Assembly (NCBI RefSeq): GCF_009914755.1
Contig: NC_060931.1
Direction: 5' to 3' (one strand)
DNA length: 64,000 nt
Source: the human T2T-CHM13v2.0 reference genome, Homo sapiens
The position numbers and the translations under genes were made by a program. The notes under the pieces are model-generated. The model ran no database searches, was not told the DNA's origin, and was given only the letters and a program-made list of their open reading frames with translations. Below are positions 26,883 to 41,740 of the stretch, piece after piece (the first letter of the stretch is position 1; every line of letters starts with the position of its first letter).

Positions 26883-27984
26883 CTTCCCCACCACAATAGT
26901 AGAAAGGGCTTATGTCTACAGACAAGCTTATTCTCTTTATTTGTTGGAAACATGACAAGTTCTGGCTTCTATGACTCTTTTTCTATATACATATTTTTCA
27001 TAGAAAATCAAAATGAAAAGTATTTTCAGATTAGCAAAAATAATTTTTAAAGTTAGAAATGTGATTTCAAAACAAGAAAGTTGGTACACCCCACAGAGGC
27101 TGCTTAACTCATGGAAGATTAAGCAAATCATATTCTGTGGGGGGAAAAAAACGAAAAAAAAAAAAAAGCCAACCTGACAATTCCAAGGCAGTTCACCAGC
27201 ATTATTTCAAAGGAAAAGCAAAGTTAAAAAAATAAAGTAAAATCAAGATAAAGGGAGGAGAGAGGGAAAATATTGAATCATTCTTGTTTCCCTGTAAATA
27301 GTTTATCACTCTATTTATAAACAGACACAGAGAGCTTTTAGTGGAATTGCCAGATATTAATTTTTTCAAGAGATTTAATATTATTCTGGGAGGGAGTTAT
27401 ATCCAGTTGTATGGTTCTATTTTTTATTTGCCCCTACTCCTAGAGCATAGCCCCTTCAGGTTCTCAACAGGAAGCATGGGACATTCTTCTTTGGTTGGCC
27501 ATGAACTTAAAATTCTGTTTTCCTGGTAACATCTAATTACAGTGTTCTCTGCTTAAAGGGTCAACCTTTTAGAAGCTGCTTTCTGCTTGCTTTGTCAGAC
27601 TTTCTTACCACACTTAAACTAGCTAGGAGTTAACAAATATATTGAGGGCAGATTACAAACAGAAAATCAGGCTCACTTCTCTGCAGTCCTCTTTTTTTCT
27701 GGGATCTTGGTCCTTCAAGTCCTGAATGGTTGTTTTGGGAACTCTGAACTCCAATTTCTGTCTCCCCAGTCCAAAGAGAAAAGTGCTGCAAGTTCTAGGC
27801 TGCTGCTTCATGCCCCCATTCAGTGAATCAGGAAATATTTTGAGAGGAGAAATAATGATTGATTTAACTTCATAAAGCGTAATAGCGTATGCTTGCCAAA
27901 AACATCAGAAACAAGTTATGTCAGAAATAGTGTCTCTACCTTAAATTTTGTTCATCCTTTCTATAGTATACAGTTGTAGATGGA

Positions 27985-28290
27985 AGTAACAGCTCAGCTG
28001 AGGACTAAATTTCCTTATCCCATTTGCCATGAGATGTGGCCATATGACTTGTTTTTGCCAATGAAATATGAATGAAAGTAATTCATGCCACCTTCTAGGT
28101 CATGGCTTATAAAAGGCTAGTATGTCTCTTCCATACTCCCTTCCTGCCCCTACCTGGGTGTGGACAATGATAAGGCCTGAGGGGAGAGTGAAGCCACAAG
28201 ATCAAAGGCATCTGGGCCCTAAAACCTCTTCATCAAATCACGCTATTATAAATGTCGTGCTCTTGTTGTTATAATAATGTACTAATACAT
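27985..28290 (+). mobile_element. Old MaLR/ERVL LTR fragment
   Basis: tgtggccatatgact...gccaatgaaatatga...actaataca motifs. Confidence 0.45.
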
Positions 28291-28912
28291 AAGGCTTAAA
28301 AATTACAAATTGAAAATATATATTGTCAGAATATATAAATTATAATCTGAAATAAGGGTTTCAAAATCAATTGATAAAAGAGGAATATTTTAATAATTAT
28401 TAGGATAAAGACAATTCTCAAAAGAACGTATTATTAAGATAAGGATGATGTTGGAAAAGAATGGTGTTCAAAATAACTACTGATGTTCAAAGTAGCTACT
28501 GATTTATTATTACATATTAACAATGGTGTATGATATATAGCCTATGAGATTAGTAATAAAAAATTTTAATGGACATGTCCAGGGTTGATTGATGAGAGAA
28601 ATGAACTGCTAATGGAACTCTAAGTCAATAAAACCTGTATGACAGTTTGGCAATATGTATCAGAATTTTAAGTAATTATATACTTTGAGGCAGAGTATAC
28701 TTTTCCCAAGAAGAGAATGAGTCCAAAAGGATGTAAACATCAGAATATTTATTTCATAATTTTTAAAGAACCCAAAACAAAAACATCAATGAGAATAACC
28801 AGTGTACAAATTGTGTCAGTATCATAAAATTATGTTTATAACATTTTAAGTATTCTTTTCATGAATATGTATTCATATGTAAATATATATATTTAACTTA
28901 TAAATACATGCA

Positions 28913-28969
28913 GTGTGTGTGTGTGTGTAGAAAGAGAGAGAGAGAGAGAGACACGCACACACACACACA
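28913..28969. repeat. Compound microsatellite (TG)n(AG)n(AC)n
   Basis: Read directly. Confidence 0.9.
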
Positions 28970-30385
28970 GAAGAATCAAGACAGATACTTGCCAAATGGA
29001 AACAGTAATGATCAGTGATGATGGTATTCCTGCTTTCATGCTTATACCTCTTTGAACCAATTGATGTTTTTAAGAATTTTAAAACAGGCCTGTATTAGCA
29101 TTTTTATGGGGGAAAGGGGGAAAATAAAAATGGTCGTTTCTTCAAAATACACAGATAAAATTTGGTTGGAAAAATAGTTAGCAAGAGCAACTAATTCTCT
29201 AAAAGGATGGGGTACCCAAGACTCAACGTTTTATCTTACCCACTTTCATTTGCTCATTCATTCAGTCATCAAAAATTGCATTTTGGGGACTCTCTATGTG
29301 CCAGGCACAATATCCTTAGGAATCCTATTATCTACCTAAACTTGAGACTCACTGAGGAGTATTCTGGCTTTCGCATGCCCAGAGGATATTCTTGAACAAT
29401 TAGCGGATGCTTCAAAAAGTGTAATAATGTGGCAAGGAATCTAAATGTGTGCTCCTCAATCCACTTCCATCAGTAATGCAGTGAGTAGAGGTACTATCCA
29501 GAACTTTTGCCTGTGGTTTTCTCTTCTCTTTAGCATCCACTACTACTGATAGTTTCATCAAGTCATTTTAGTCTCTATAGCTATTTTAAAATGTGAAATA
29601 AGGACTTAATGCATATTTCATCTTCTAGTCATTTTAACTTTAAAGATTTTGAATTCACTTTCATGGCTGTACTGAAAATTAATTTGTTCAAATCAGTCCC
29701 CATTGGAAGAGTTGAGAGAGAAAATGGAGATGGTTTCCCTACGGTGGTCATTTTTATTGCTTTTTAGAGGCAGATAATTCTTTGATTAAAGCAATGGTCC
29801 CCTTTTCCCAAAAAAAAAAAAAAATGAGTATGGAAAATGGACCTACCTGGAAACCTTTGCAAGTAACATCAGGAGTTCCAGGCTACTTACTTAAGAACAC
29901 CTTCTCTAGCACAGAGAATTGTGTTTAGACTCAGGGCAGCACTCCCTCATAGACACTTTCCAAGGGCAAAATAGACTAATTATCTTATGTACTAATGATG
30001 CTCATGGGTGTCTCTCAGGACATTTAGATGCCAGAAAGAAAGTTATTTCCATGTAACATTTGCTGATAATGATAAATTATCCTTTAAGAATTATCACATC
30101 AAATAGATAAAACTAGTTTGCCTGGGTAGGAAACATAATGTGGAAGCCTTTATGTCTCCTACTAAAAACTTTCCATCTATTATTGTATCCTTCAGGAGCA
30201 GTGACCTTCCTTCTATTGACAGTTCTGGCAGAAATCTAGGAAACTTGAATATAACTTTAAGCATCCCCAGAAGAACATGAATTGTTATTACAAAGCAAAA
30301 TGGTCACTTTAAAATTGAAGGTTGAATATATATGCACATTACTTAGATGAAAAGTTTGGAGTATATTTGCTTTAATGATTCCAGA

Positions 30386-31315
30386 ATTTTTTATTTTATT
30401 TTAAGTTCTGGGATACATGTGCTGAACGTGCAGGTTTGTCACATGGGTATAGATGTGCCATAGTGGTTTGCTGTACCTATCAACCCGTCATTTAGGTTTT
30501 GGGCCCACATGCATTAGATATTTGTCCTAAAGCTCTCCCTCCCCTTTCCCCTCACCTCCTCCCCCTCTACAGGCCCTTGTGTGTGATGTTCCCCTCCCTG
30601 TGTTCATGTGTTCTCCTTTTCAATTCCCACTTATGAATGAGAACATGCAGTGTTTGGTTTTCTGTTTCTGTGTTAGTTTGCTGAGAATGATGGTTTCCAG
30701 CTTCATCCATGTCCCTAAAAAGGACATGAACTCATTCCTTTTTATGGCTGCATAGTATTCCATGGTGTATATGTGCCACATTTCCTGTATCCAGTCTATC
30801 ATTGATGGGTTCCAAGTCTTTGCTATTGTAAATTGTGCTGGAATAAACATACGTGTGCGTGTGTCTTTATATAGAATGATTTATAATCCTTTTGGTATAT
30901 ACCCAGTAATGGGATTGCTGGGTCAAATGGTATTTCTGGTTCTACATCCTTAAGGAATCGCCACACTGTCTTCCACAATGGTTGAGCTAATTTACACTCC
31001 CACCAACAGTGTAAAAGCGTCCCTATTTCTTCTCATCCTCACCAGCATTTGTTGTTTCCAGACATTTTAATGATCTCCATTCTAACTGGTGTGAGGTGGT
31101 ATCTCATTGTGGTTTTGATTTGCATTTCTCTAATGACCAGTGATGATGAGTTTTTTTTCATATGTTTGTTGGCTTCATAAATGTCTTCTTTTGGGAAGTG
31201 TCTGTTCATATCCTTTGCCCACTTTTTGATGGTTTTTTTTTGTCTTGTAAAATTGTTTAAGTTCCTTGTAGATTCTGGATATTAGACCATTGTCAGATGG
31301 ATAGATTGCAAAAAC
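30386..31315 (-). mobile_element. 5'-truncated L1PA (approx. L1PA7/8) 3' end
   Basis: Antisense 3'UTR and ORF2 tail (ORF 30620-30850: WHIYTMEYYAAIKRNEFMSF). Confidence 0.93.
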
Positions 31316-31580
31316 TTTGGTGGCTTTTTTTTCCATTCATCTCTTCTGCCAAAATTATGACCTCATTTAATTTGTTTGTACATTTATTTCTTCTGGAGAC
31401 CCCATCTCCAAATCACCATCCTTATCTTTTTTCTCAAACCTCAGGGAATACTGGCCTCTGTACATATTTTTAATTGCCTTGGTCTTGTCATTCCCTGGGT
31501 CTCTATGTATGTTGTTCATGGAACAACACATGCTTGGAATATTCTTTCCCTTCTTTATACTCTGTTAAATTCATAACCTC

Positions 31581-32118
31581 TGTAGTAGGCAGAATACTCC
31601 AATGATGTTCACATCTTAGTCTCCAGAGCCTGTGGATGTGTACATGGTAAAAGATAATTACGGTTGCAGATAGTATTACAGTTGCCAATCAACTCACCTT
31701 AAAATAGGGAAAGTAGCCTGGATTATACAGCTGGGCCCAATTTAATCAGAAGCGTCCTTACAAATAGAAGAGGGAGGTAGAAGAGGAGAGTCACAGGATG
31801 GTGTGACTATGGGAACAAGGCACAGAGAGAGATTATGTTGCTGGTGTTGAAGACAGAGGAAGAGGACCATGAGCCAAGGAATGAGGGCAGGTCCTGGAAG
31901 CTGGAAAAGACAGGGAAACAGATTCTCACCTAGAACCTCCAGGAAGGAATGCAGTCCTGCTGACACCTTGATTTTAGTACAGGCATGTCAATGTCAGAAT
32001 TCAATGCGGTGATCTTGATGTCAGAATTTGATGCTATGGAATTGTAAACGAAAACATTTGTGTTCTCAAGACCACTAAGTTTGTGATCTTCACACAGCCA
32101 CAATAGAAAACTATTACA
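31581..32118 (+). mobile_element. MLT1D-like MaLR LTR
   Basis: tgtagtaggcagaat...gacaccttgatttt...aactattaca. Confidence 0.82.
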
Positions 32119-32496
32119 TCATCCTTCAGATTGCAAGTTAAAAATCACTTATTAATTTCTCCAGATATCCATGTTTGGAGACCTTTAAGCACAGTACTTA
32201 CTTTAAAAAACTTTAAAGTATGTAAAATAGCCATAACTAAAATTTAACTTAGGTGTTTATGGCTATTTTCCCCTGCTAGTCTGTAAACTCCAAGAGTATA
32301 GTTCTTGTCTGTCTGTGCTTTCCACAGTGTCAATAAATGTTTATTCAGGGATTGGCTCTCCCCTTTCTCTTCCTTACATACATATGCTTCCAAAGGAAAT
32401 CAGAGAAAATCGCCCAAACAAAATCCTCATAGGGCAAAGATCATCAGATTCCATATAGTAACCCATTTAATTCCCATAGTGCTTAGCTTTCCTAGG

Positions 32497-32779
32497 TCAT
32501 TAATTCTCAGAGAGTAACCCCCTGACCAACAGCATTAGTATCACCTGGGAGCTACTAAATTAGGGGTGGATCCTAGGATTTGTATTTTAATAAGCTGTCT
32601 CCGTGATCTGATGATGCACACTGAAGTTCGAGAATTACTGCTTTAGTCCGGATTGTTGGGCCCCACGCACAGCATTTCTGACTTAGTATGTGTGGAGTAG
32701 GGCCTAAGAATTTGCATTTCTAAAAATTCTAAGTGATTCTGATGCTGCTGTTCCTGGGACTTTACTTGAAGAATAACTG
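32497..32779. mobile_element. Two adjacent MER5A-like hAT relics
   Basis: agcattagtatcacctgggagc and aagaatttgcatttcta...gatgctgctg motifs. Confidence 0.7.
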
Positions 32780-34479
32780 ACCTAAACAATGTTAGGCCAG
32801 GGGACTTCTAGTGGAATTTTGTCAACAAAACCTCACAGCTTATGAGTTTTTTATGACTTAGCACTTTGTGGTTTATGTGTCATCCTAAACCAGAAGTCTA
32901 TATTTATTTTTACAGCAAGATTATTATGGCCCTTTATGAAATTCAGCTTACATCTATATTATAGCAAATGGCAGTTAGGTTGAGCAATCCAATTAATATA
33001 TCTAAGACTATCTAGTTTTTAATCATACATATTCAAGATTGCATGATTTTCTGAAACAACAGTCTTTGCAAAAATGGATTAAAAGTGATTGTAAACCAGT
33101 TTGCTTTGCTTTACAACCTACTGTATGATTCTTTTCCTAAAAAATGAATGTAAAATTCCCCAATGTTATTATATTTCTGACAAAGTGACAACAATTGCTT
33201 ATAAAATATTTAATAGCATGCTTTAAAAACTAGGAAATATAACATGCAGAACATAAATTACATTTTAAATAATGATTTGGTTTAATGCAAGATTGACGAT
33301 GTATGCAGTTTATAAATCGTTTTGAAATCAGCTTTCACTCAAATGTTTCTGTAACTAAGAATGATTATGGCACCACTCTTGTGCAGGGAGGGTTCTCATG
33401 GAAAGTTAAGTTATTGTCTTAAATCAATATGCCCGATGCTTGTGATGCTGATAAGGCAACATATTTCAACACACACAGTGACAAATGGTGGCCTCTTAAG
33501 CTGATTTTAAGGTGCAAATAGAATCTGCTTTTTATCCATTTGCCTTCTGTAGAGAACAAATCCTTACATTTCACAGTTGAGAGATACAACACTTGAAGTA
33601 TCAATGACCTGGGACAGGTATCACATTGCTTTCCATTCTCTTATAATAGATTCCATTATTAAAAGAAGATAAGGATGAGAGCCAAAGAGGGGAACACACC
33701 TCCAGGGGAAGCTGAAAGCCAGAAGACAGAAAGCAGATGGAGGGAGAATAAAAACATAACGAGGCATGAAAATGCTGGGGAGTGAGAGGACTTAGTTGAC
33801 AAATTTGAGCATTTTGAAACAACTAGCAGTTGGTTTATGGTGACTGTAATGAGGTAATTAAGAAGGAAAATTAAGAATAGGTTTATTTAAAACCATGTAA
33901 GTTAAAATGGGGCGATTATTAACGTGAGAAAATATAAACATAATAAAACATCTGTCTCTAATGAACAATATATTTACCAAGTTACATTAATGTATAATGT
34001 GATTTTCTATAACTGAAATGATGATATAATTAGACTGGGTAGGAAGAGACAGGGAAATGGTCATGTGCAATGAGGCTGCATCTACCATAACAGGAAGTAC
34101 ACAGTTAGTATCCAAAAATTACAAATTTAGAAATAGCAGCATAAACCATTTATTTAGAAATATGAGAATAAGTACAATGACATAACCAAGAACAACTACA
34201 CAGCTAAACGTATTAAAAGTGATTTCTTTCCAAAGCAGAAATAGTGTGGGAATGGGGCAGAGTTGAGGTGCTTTTTATAATAACCCCTTTTAAATATGTT
34301 CATGTATTACTGATAAAATGAAACAGGTAACACCTAAAAAGAAAGACTATGGTGATTTTTTTGACAACTTAAAAAGTGGTTTACAAATTTATTCCATTTT
34401 CATTTTGAGGAAACATTTCATCTGTAATTTAAAATATATATATCATCAGCAAGAAGACTCAATCAGATATCTTTAACAT

Positions 34480-35340
34480 TTGGGTGTTGAGTTCTAGATC
34501 TGCCTCACAGAATTGCATGAGCTTGGGCAAGTCATCTCATCTTCTGTGAACTTTAGTTTCCCCGTCTATAAGAGTTACTGTGAGAACTTAATGAGATTAT
34601 ATCTTAAACCACTTGGGAGGTGCTTGACACATTATTTCTTACACGACTTCTCAGCAACATTAGCCCCAACTTTATTCTTTTCTTCATGTTCATAGTGTCT
34701 GTTTTATCACAATCTTTGGCACTGGTTTCTATCACTATGACCACATCTTCTCAGTCTCTTTTGATGGTTTCTCCTCCTAGAAGCACTTTCCTAGAGACTC
34801 ATCATTCTACAGCTTCACACCAGATGACTACAATTATTTTCCTGGCGTGAAGAGCCACAAGCAAGCAACTCCACATTCATATTTCCAGCACAGATCATGC
34901 CTGTGACTTCCAGACCTGTATGTCTAACTGCCTTTTTGAAATATTTTTTTGGATTATTCAGGTGTGCTTCAAACTCAACCTATCTAAACCCAAACTCATG
35001 ATCTATTTCCCCCAAATTTTTTCTTCCACTGTTTCTTGATTTCATGAATAGCACCTTCATCCTTCCAGTTGCACACCCAGAAATCTAAGAGTTCCTTGAC
35101 ATCTCCTGCGTTGACAGTTAAATCCTGCTCACATCCAAAATGCAATCCAGCAACATAGACTGTGGATTTTACATATTAAATATCTCTCAAATTGCCCTTT
35201 CCTCTCTTCCTCCACCACCACTACAAACATAGTCTAATTCATGCCGTAATCATTTCACACCTACGCCATAAAAGCTTTTCAACTATTTTTCCCCTATCCA
35301 TTCTCACATCCTATAATCAATTTTCCATAGAGAATCCTGA
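34480..35340 (+). mobile_element. MIR followed by L2 fragment
   Basis: MIR core cttgggcaagtc...; L2 ttcaaactcaacctatctaaacccaaactc. Confidence 0.65.
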
Positions 35341-38300
35341 ACTGTTGGCCTTTTATCACTGTCCCTTCCTCTGGCATATCACAGATTTTCAATGCATTTT
35401 TTAAAATAAATGCCTACTTGCCTGAGGTCTATTTAAGTAGTTTTGAATGTCAAATAAACTAATGTAAGCACTGTAAATGAAATACTGTAAATGAAATATT
35501 GTGAAGCAGGGTTTACGATGTTTGGGAATATTGACTTTGATACCTTAGAAGTAAATTCCATTAAGTGTAAAAAGCTCTACCACCTTTTAAGGGAAAATAA
35601 ATTAGATTCAAATAGGTAGAAAAGCAGGGAGAAAGATGAGATGTTTGAATAGAAGAAGGTCAACTTTTTGATCCTTGCTATTTGTATCAGTGTGTTTGTT
35701 TTTTGCTTTTTGTGGCATCTGTGTTTTCCTCTATTTATTTGGATTTCTGGGATAGCTAGTGATTTAAGACATTTGATGTCAAGGTAAAAAATTATCCTCT
35801 GTGATGAAAGAGAGAACATGTTTATTAGTTTCACTCTGGAGGAGATTACAATTCAACCACACGTTAATGAGTTAGCAAAATGGTCAGAATACATAGTGTA
35901 AGGACCAATTCGAAAGCATAAGAAAAGAGAAAGAGAAGCCACATATGAGAGAGGTCAGGGGGTGAGAACTGGCCATGTGAGACAAGGGCAAGGAAGAATC
36001 TCAGAGCCTGGTTGTACAAGGTGACTGCAAACCACTGCACCATATGGGGGAGAGTCTGGGGGACCCACTTGAAAGCAGAGTTGCAGGGACTGTGAAACAA
36101 TTATTTTGTTATGCTTTACACTGAGCAGACCTGGAATATTCTACTTTTCAAGGAAAGCAGGATATGGGAAATGTGTGTGGAAGTTTGAAGGAAAGCCGCA
36201 AACATGAGTAAATGCTAAGAACATTAAATCTGTGTGGACTATTTTCACACAAAAATCCTGAGAAAGTGTAGAAAAAGGAAGACCAAGTCTCTTGTAACTA
36301 AACCTCCCTTTTGGTGGAAATGTAGAATTTCGGTTAGATTTCACAAGGAATGTCTAAAATCATCTAAAATCCCTAAAGAAGCATTGCTTCCAAGTCATAG
36401 TCTGGCAGATTGTATGTGTTGGTTCAGGCCTGTGGCTTTGCTGAGGGATTTCATGGAAGGATTGAACACTGCAACCCCTCGTTGTGAATGAAGAGCTTCT
36501 ATTGCAGGTATAAGGCAGTTGTTCAGCATGGCACCTGTATATGAAGGATCAGGAAGTTGATAATACAAAATGTGAGATTATCATTGTTCATTTTGCTGGT
36601 ACCATTTGAAAGGCATGGCTAAGAAACTTAGTGTTTTGGTTAGTCATTCTGTGGATCCAGAGAACCCAAGAAAATATATTAGTTACAGAAAAAAGTTTTG
36701 GCCAGAATCTGACTTTTCATGATATCTCTCTTCATGTTAGTATATTATATTGACTAGGATTGGCTAGAGGGTGGAAAAGCTGAGACTTCCTTTGTGGGGC
36801 TACACAGGGAGCTTCTGAGCAGAGACATGGGATAACATGAAAAAGATGAAAGATGGCATGATGTATAATGCGTGGTTGGTCATTTCATGAGGTGAGGCTC
36901 CTCATTTTTTTTTAATTTTTAATCTCTAACTCAATAGTACTTTTCAGTTTTTTACACTATGGCAGAAGAAAATATGACTTCTTATTCAGATTTTGCAGCT
37001 ATTCCTCTGTCTTCTCAGTTTTCTTATTCTATTACATTTCTGGTAAGTACAATCCAACCCATCCCCCATCTGCAGGATATTGTGATCTGTGATGTTACAG
37101 TAGGAATTTGAGAAAGCTATGCTATAATGGAAGGCCACGCTGTCACGTAGGATATGTGGGGCAGAGAGCAAGAAGTATCACCCATCCCTGGGACCCAGAT
37201 ACTATTCTATGCTTTTTGGACCCCCCGTTTTCTTTCTTAGTTAGTAAAAGAAATGTCGTGACAGCTTTTCTTACTAAACACATACTCATGTAGTATCTGT
37301 GAAATTAAAAGTTGACTAAGGTGTTAATTCATAGAGGTCTTCACAGTGCCCTAGATTTTGTTTGTTCCAGCTCATATTTCACATTTTGTCTTTCATTATA
37401 CTTTGCAGATGTTCTGTGTTATTCTTTTAGACATCTGGTAAGGAAGAGACTTACTGGATTTCTAGTTAGTATTTTGCGACCTAGAACTGCTACTTGAGAA
37501 GGAATGATCCTATATCATTCCTCTTGTAGCTTAAATGTAGTTTTCATTGACTTACAGCTTTTAAAAGTCTGCAGTGCAAGCTGTGTTCGTTACAGACTTA
37601 ACCTTTCTACCATCTTGTTGCCTGACTCTCCGATAGGTCATTTGGCTATAGTATTTCCAACCTACGGTTCTCCAGGACTGGTTCAACTGGAAGGCCAATT
37701 ATTCTAATCCTTTTTCATGGCTCTGTGTGATGCTCCCCAAAGCTGTCCATTTGGCCAACAAGGAAAATCTACCTATACAACAGACACCCTTTAGTATGTA
37801 AGTAGAACCATCAATACATTATTTAACGTAGACACACAGTCTGTATTAGTCAGGGTTCTCTTGGTTACAATTCAAATAAATTTAAGCAAAAAAGTAATTT
37901 ATTGGTTCACTTAACTGGGAAGCCCAGAAATGATGCCTTCAGGCATGACTGAATCTGCATTCATATTCTCTCTTTAACAGTATCTCTTACTCCCCATGTT
38001 GTTTGTCTGTCTCTTTTCTCTGCATGATGGTCTCTTAACTTCTTGCTGCTGGCAGCTCTTTCCATGTGGCCAGAGAAGATGGCCACTTGTAACCCCAACT
38101 ATACAACGTCTCACCTTGACAACAAGCAGAAAGAAAACAGCACTCTTCTCTGTAGCTCTGTATCAATCTGAGACAAGACTCTTATTGACATTACATGCAG
38201 CACGTGCTTATGTTTGCTGTACTCAGTATATTCGGGGGAATGGAGTACTGTGATTGACTAGGCCTAGGCCATCTGCTCAGCCCAGTTACAGAGATAAAGA

Positions 38301-38464
38301 AGCAAAACTGATACCCCATCAAAAGCATATAGAATGGAGGAAGTATTTTCTTTAAAAAATTCAGAGTATAGGAGAAGGGAAATGTGCTACATAATAGAAA
38401 TTACGATTGCTACAGTTTGGCACATAAGTTGTTTCCTGTTAGTAACTCTTCTGAGGTTGAATAC

Positions 38465-38831
38465 TGCTATGGTCTAAATGTTTTTGTCCTCCCAAAATTA
38501 ATATGTTGAAACGTAATCCCCAAAGTGATGTGTTAGAGTGCAGGGCCTTTGAGAGGTGATTAAGTCATGAGAGAAGAACCCTCATGAACAATATTAGCAC
38601 CATTATGAAAGAGACTGCAGAGAGCTAGCTAGCTCCTTTCATTATGGGTTATAATGGTTATAATGGAAAGGTGTTCATCTATGAAGAAGCAGGTCCTCTC
38701 TAGACACTGAATCAGCTGGTGCCTTGATCTTGGACTTCCCAGCCTCCAGAGCTGTGAGAAATAAATTTCTGTTATTTATAAGCTACTCAGCCTAAGGTAT
38801 TTTGTAATAGCAGCCCAAATGAACCAAGACA
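38465..38831 (+). mobile_element. MLT1A/MSTD-like MaLR LTR
   Basis: tgctatggtctaaatg...ttggacttcccagcctccaga...ccaagaca; near-TSD aatac/aatgc. Confidence 0.85.
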
Positions 38832-39980
38832 AATGCTAAAATCTCATAAGCTATCTGACAACCATTATCCTATTGTAGTTTGATTGGGGATATTTGGATG
38901 GCAGAGAAAAGAAAGTGTATCTGGACTATAAAATCAAAGTTGATGACTTATTGTTTAGCTTCAGTTTTCTGTCACGGGATTTTTTTTCTGACCTTCAGAT
39001 TTCAAAAGTTACTACGCTGTTATACTGTTACCTGCTGTAAGATGATTATTAAATATCAAAGTGAGAGATTTTTGTTTTGTAAATTCATGCCTTCCAAATG
39101 TAATTTTAGATATTATACCAGGCAAAAGAATACACTCCACCAAATAACATAAAATCTTTAAAAATTTTCATACATTTTATATGTTATGGTCTGATTAAAA
39201 TTCATATTTCCTTTCATAAGAACTCAAGATAAACCCAGAGGAGAAAAATTCGTGCATTAATATTCCATGAATACTGGGGATCAGTAAATCTAGCAATTTT
39301 CTTTCAACTACACGCGAGGATTGGAATAATATCATGTAGAAAAGACAATTCTGGTTTATACTTATAACTCATGAAAATACATACATTCCAAGCTTGGCAA
39401 AGTACATTTTCCAATTTCTCAAAAACATGTTTAGAAATGAATTCAAAAGGGCATCAGTGGAAAAATAGAGGAAATACTCTTACCTTGTGAAAAACAGGAG
39501 ATAAATGACAATTCTAAAATGTCATAGTGCCATATTACCAAAATCTCTTTCATGCCTTTTATTCACATGCCCCAATGAGTGCATCTATATAAAGTTTCTT
39601 GGAAGCTGGAGATCTGAGGATCAGATGTAATGTCATTCTAAAATAATCCAGGAGCTGGCTGAGTCTGCTTAAATTTTGTTTTATTTTAGTTTGTTTTTTC
39701 AGAGAGGATGCTTAATTTTTTTGTATTGCCTCCCTTTTAGGAGATAAAAACCAAGCATGCTTTTTGGAGCCACAGTAAGAAAATTAACCATATATCAGAA
39801 ACATTAGGGTCTTAGATTTTCTGTTCCAATTCTTAGAACATGGCTGTGCAATGTAATAATTGTGATTTTAGTTCCTCACACTAATTACAATTTTTAGGTG
39901 TACATTACATTGCAGTTCTAATTAATTGATAGAATACTGGGTAGAACAGTTTTTAACCATACTAACTTTGGTCATCACAG

Positions 39981-40186
39981 GAAGGGGAACATCACACAGC
40001 AGGGCCTGTTGTGGGGTGGGGCCCGGAGGGGGGAGGGATAGCATTAGGAGATATACCTAATGTTAATGACGAATTAATGGGTGCAGCACACCAACATGGC
40101 ACATGTATACATATGTAACTAACCTGCACGTTGTACACATGTACCCTAAAACTTAAAGTATATAAAAAAAAAAAGAGAAAAAGAAA
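39981..40186 (+). mobile_element. Very short 3' L1PA (L1PA3/4-like) with poly(A)
   Basis: ggggaacatcacac...cttaaagtata + A tail; short flanking repeat acagg. Confidence 0.92.
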
Positions 40187-41509
40187 CAGGCAAATGAACT
40201 TCCTGAATGGTTATAGAAAGTGATATCTGAGTAATAAATGTCAGGTCAGGCTCTGTTAGTTAGACCAAACAAATCCATAAATTGAGGAATTATCTAAAAA
40301 ATTCAAACTGGACTTTAATTATATAAATGGAATTTGGGGTTGGCATTTCTCAAATCAAAGTTGCACTCTGATCTGTACTGCCTGACCTCATCAGATTGAG
40401 TTCATTCCACCTTGTGTTCTGTGGCCCTGACAGAAAGGGCACTCTGAGGGCACATATTCTCATTCAGTATTTCACACTCCATGATGATGGCCTCATCACT
40501 GTAAAAAGCTTAATGGTAGCTGCAAGAAAAGGCACCATAAAATGTATGCCAGCCCCTTGGGTTTCTAAATTTACTGAATTTGGAATATAGAAAAAGGTTC
40601 TTCCCACTTCCATATAGAGAAAAAAAAACAGAGAATGCCCAAATAAAAAAAAGAAAAATAATAAGATCAGGGAATATAAAAAGGGGAAAGTTCCTCCAGA
40701 ATTGTCTAAGATGAAAGCTGCCCTGACTGACTGAATGATCCTGTGGCTGGGAAAGCGAGAGTGGCATTCCACATGTTCAAGATCCAGCACAACAGTGATA
40801 GGACTTCCATCAGTTGATAGAGATCTTGAGCCCAAGACATCAAATCCTTTAGACCAGGAACTCTATACTTCTCAAATGACTGTCTGCCCTTCTTTTCCCT
40901 CCTGCTACTTTACCAAATTTTGCAGTCCTGTGCCAAAGATTAAATTCCCTTGGATCAACATGGAATAATCAGCTAACATTTTTTCAAGCAATTACTAAGA
41001 TCATCAACTTTTTTTAAAGCATCAATTTTGCAAGAAAATTTTGGAAAAAGTTAAGTAAGTACATAATATACAACATAATATATTGTGTGAATCTGTAAAG
41101 TTCAACCTTGAGACTGGAAAGATGGTTTCCATCTATAGGTGTGTCACTTCTGGTAAACCTCAGCATGCTCTGGAGTGCACCTTAATTCTCTGACCATAAG
41201 AGATATATTAATGAATAAATTGAGAAGCACTGGGAAAAAGACACATAAAATCCTTCAGCTCTACTTTTACAGATAGTTATACACTTTTGTCTCTAATTCT
41301 CATAACAAAGGGGGCATTTCATGTTTGAAAGACCCACTGGAAATCTCTACTTGCATATCCTCACTTAGAAATAGATAAATCCTAATAATGCCTTATCTAT
41401 GTGGCCAATTTCAGATGTTTTCATTTGAGATATTTCACATACATACTAAGATAAGATAAAAGCAAAGTAGTTTTCAACAATAACTAGGGATGGCTTATTC
41501 TTCAGTAGT

Positions 41510-41740
41510 TTTGTTTTGAAAGGATTTTAAATTTACATAAGAATTGCAAAAATAGAGCAGAGAGTTCCCATATATTCTTTTTGTCTGATTTCCCTAATGT
41601 TAGCATTTTCATATTCATAGTACATTTATCAAAACTAAGAAATTAACATTGCTATAATACTATTAAACTACAGACTTCATTCATATTTCCCAAGTTATTT
41701 CAACCTTTTTTCTGTTCCCGGATCTAACTGCATTCTTGCA
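41510..41740 (-). mobile_element. Old L1MB-like 3' fragment
   Basis: tacatttatcaaaactaagaaattaacattg...ctattaaactacagact. Confidence 0.6.
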
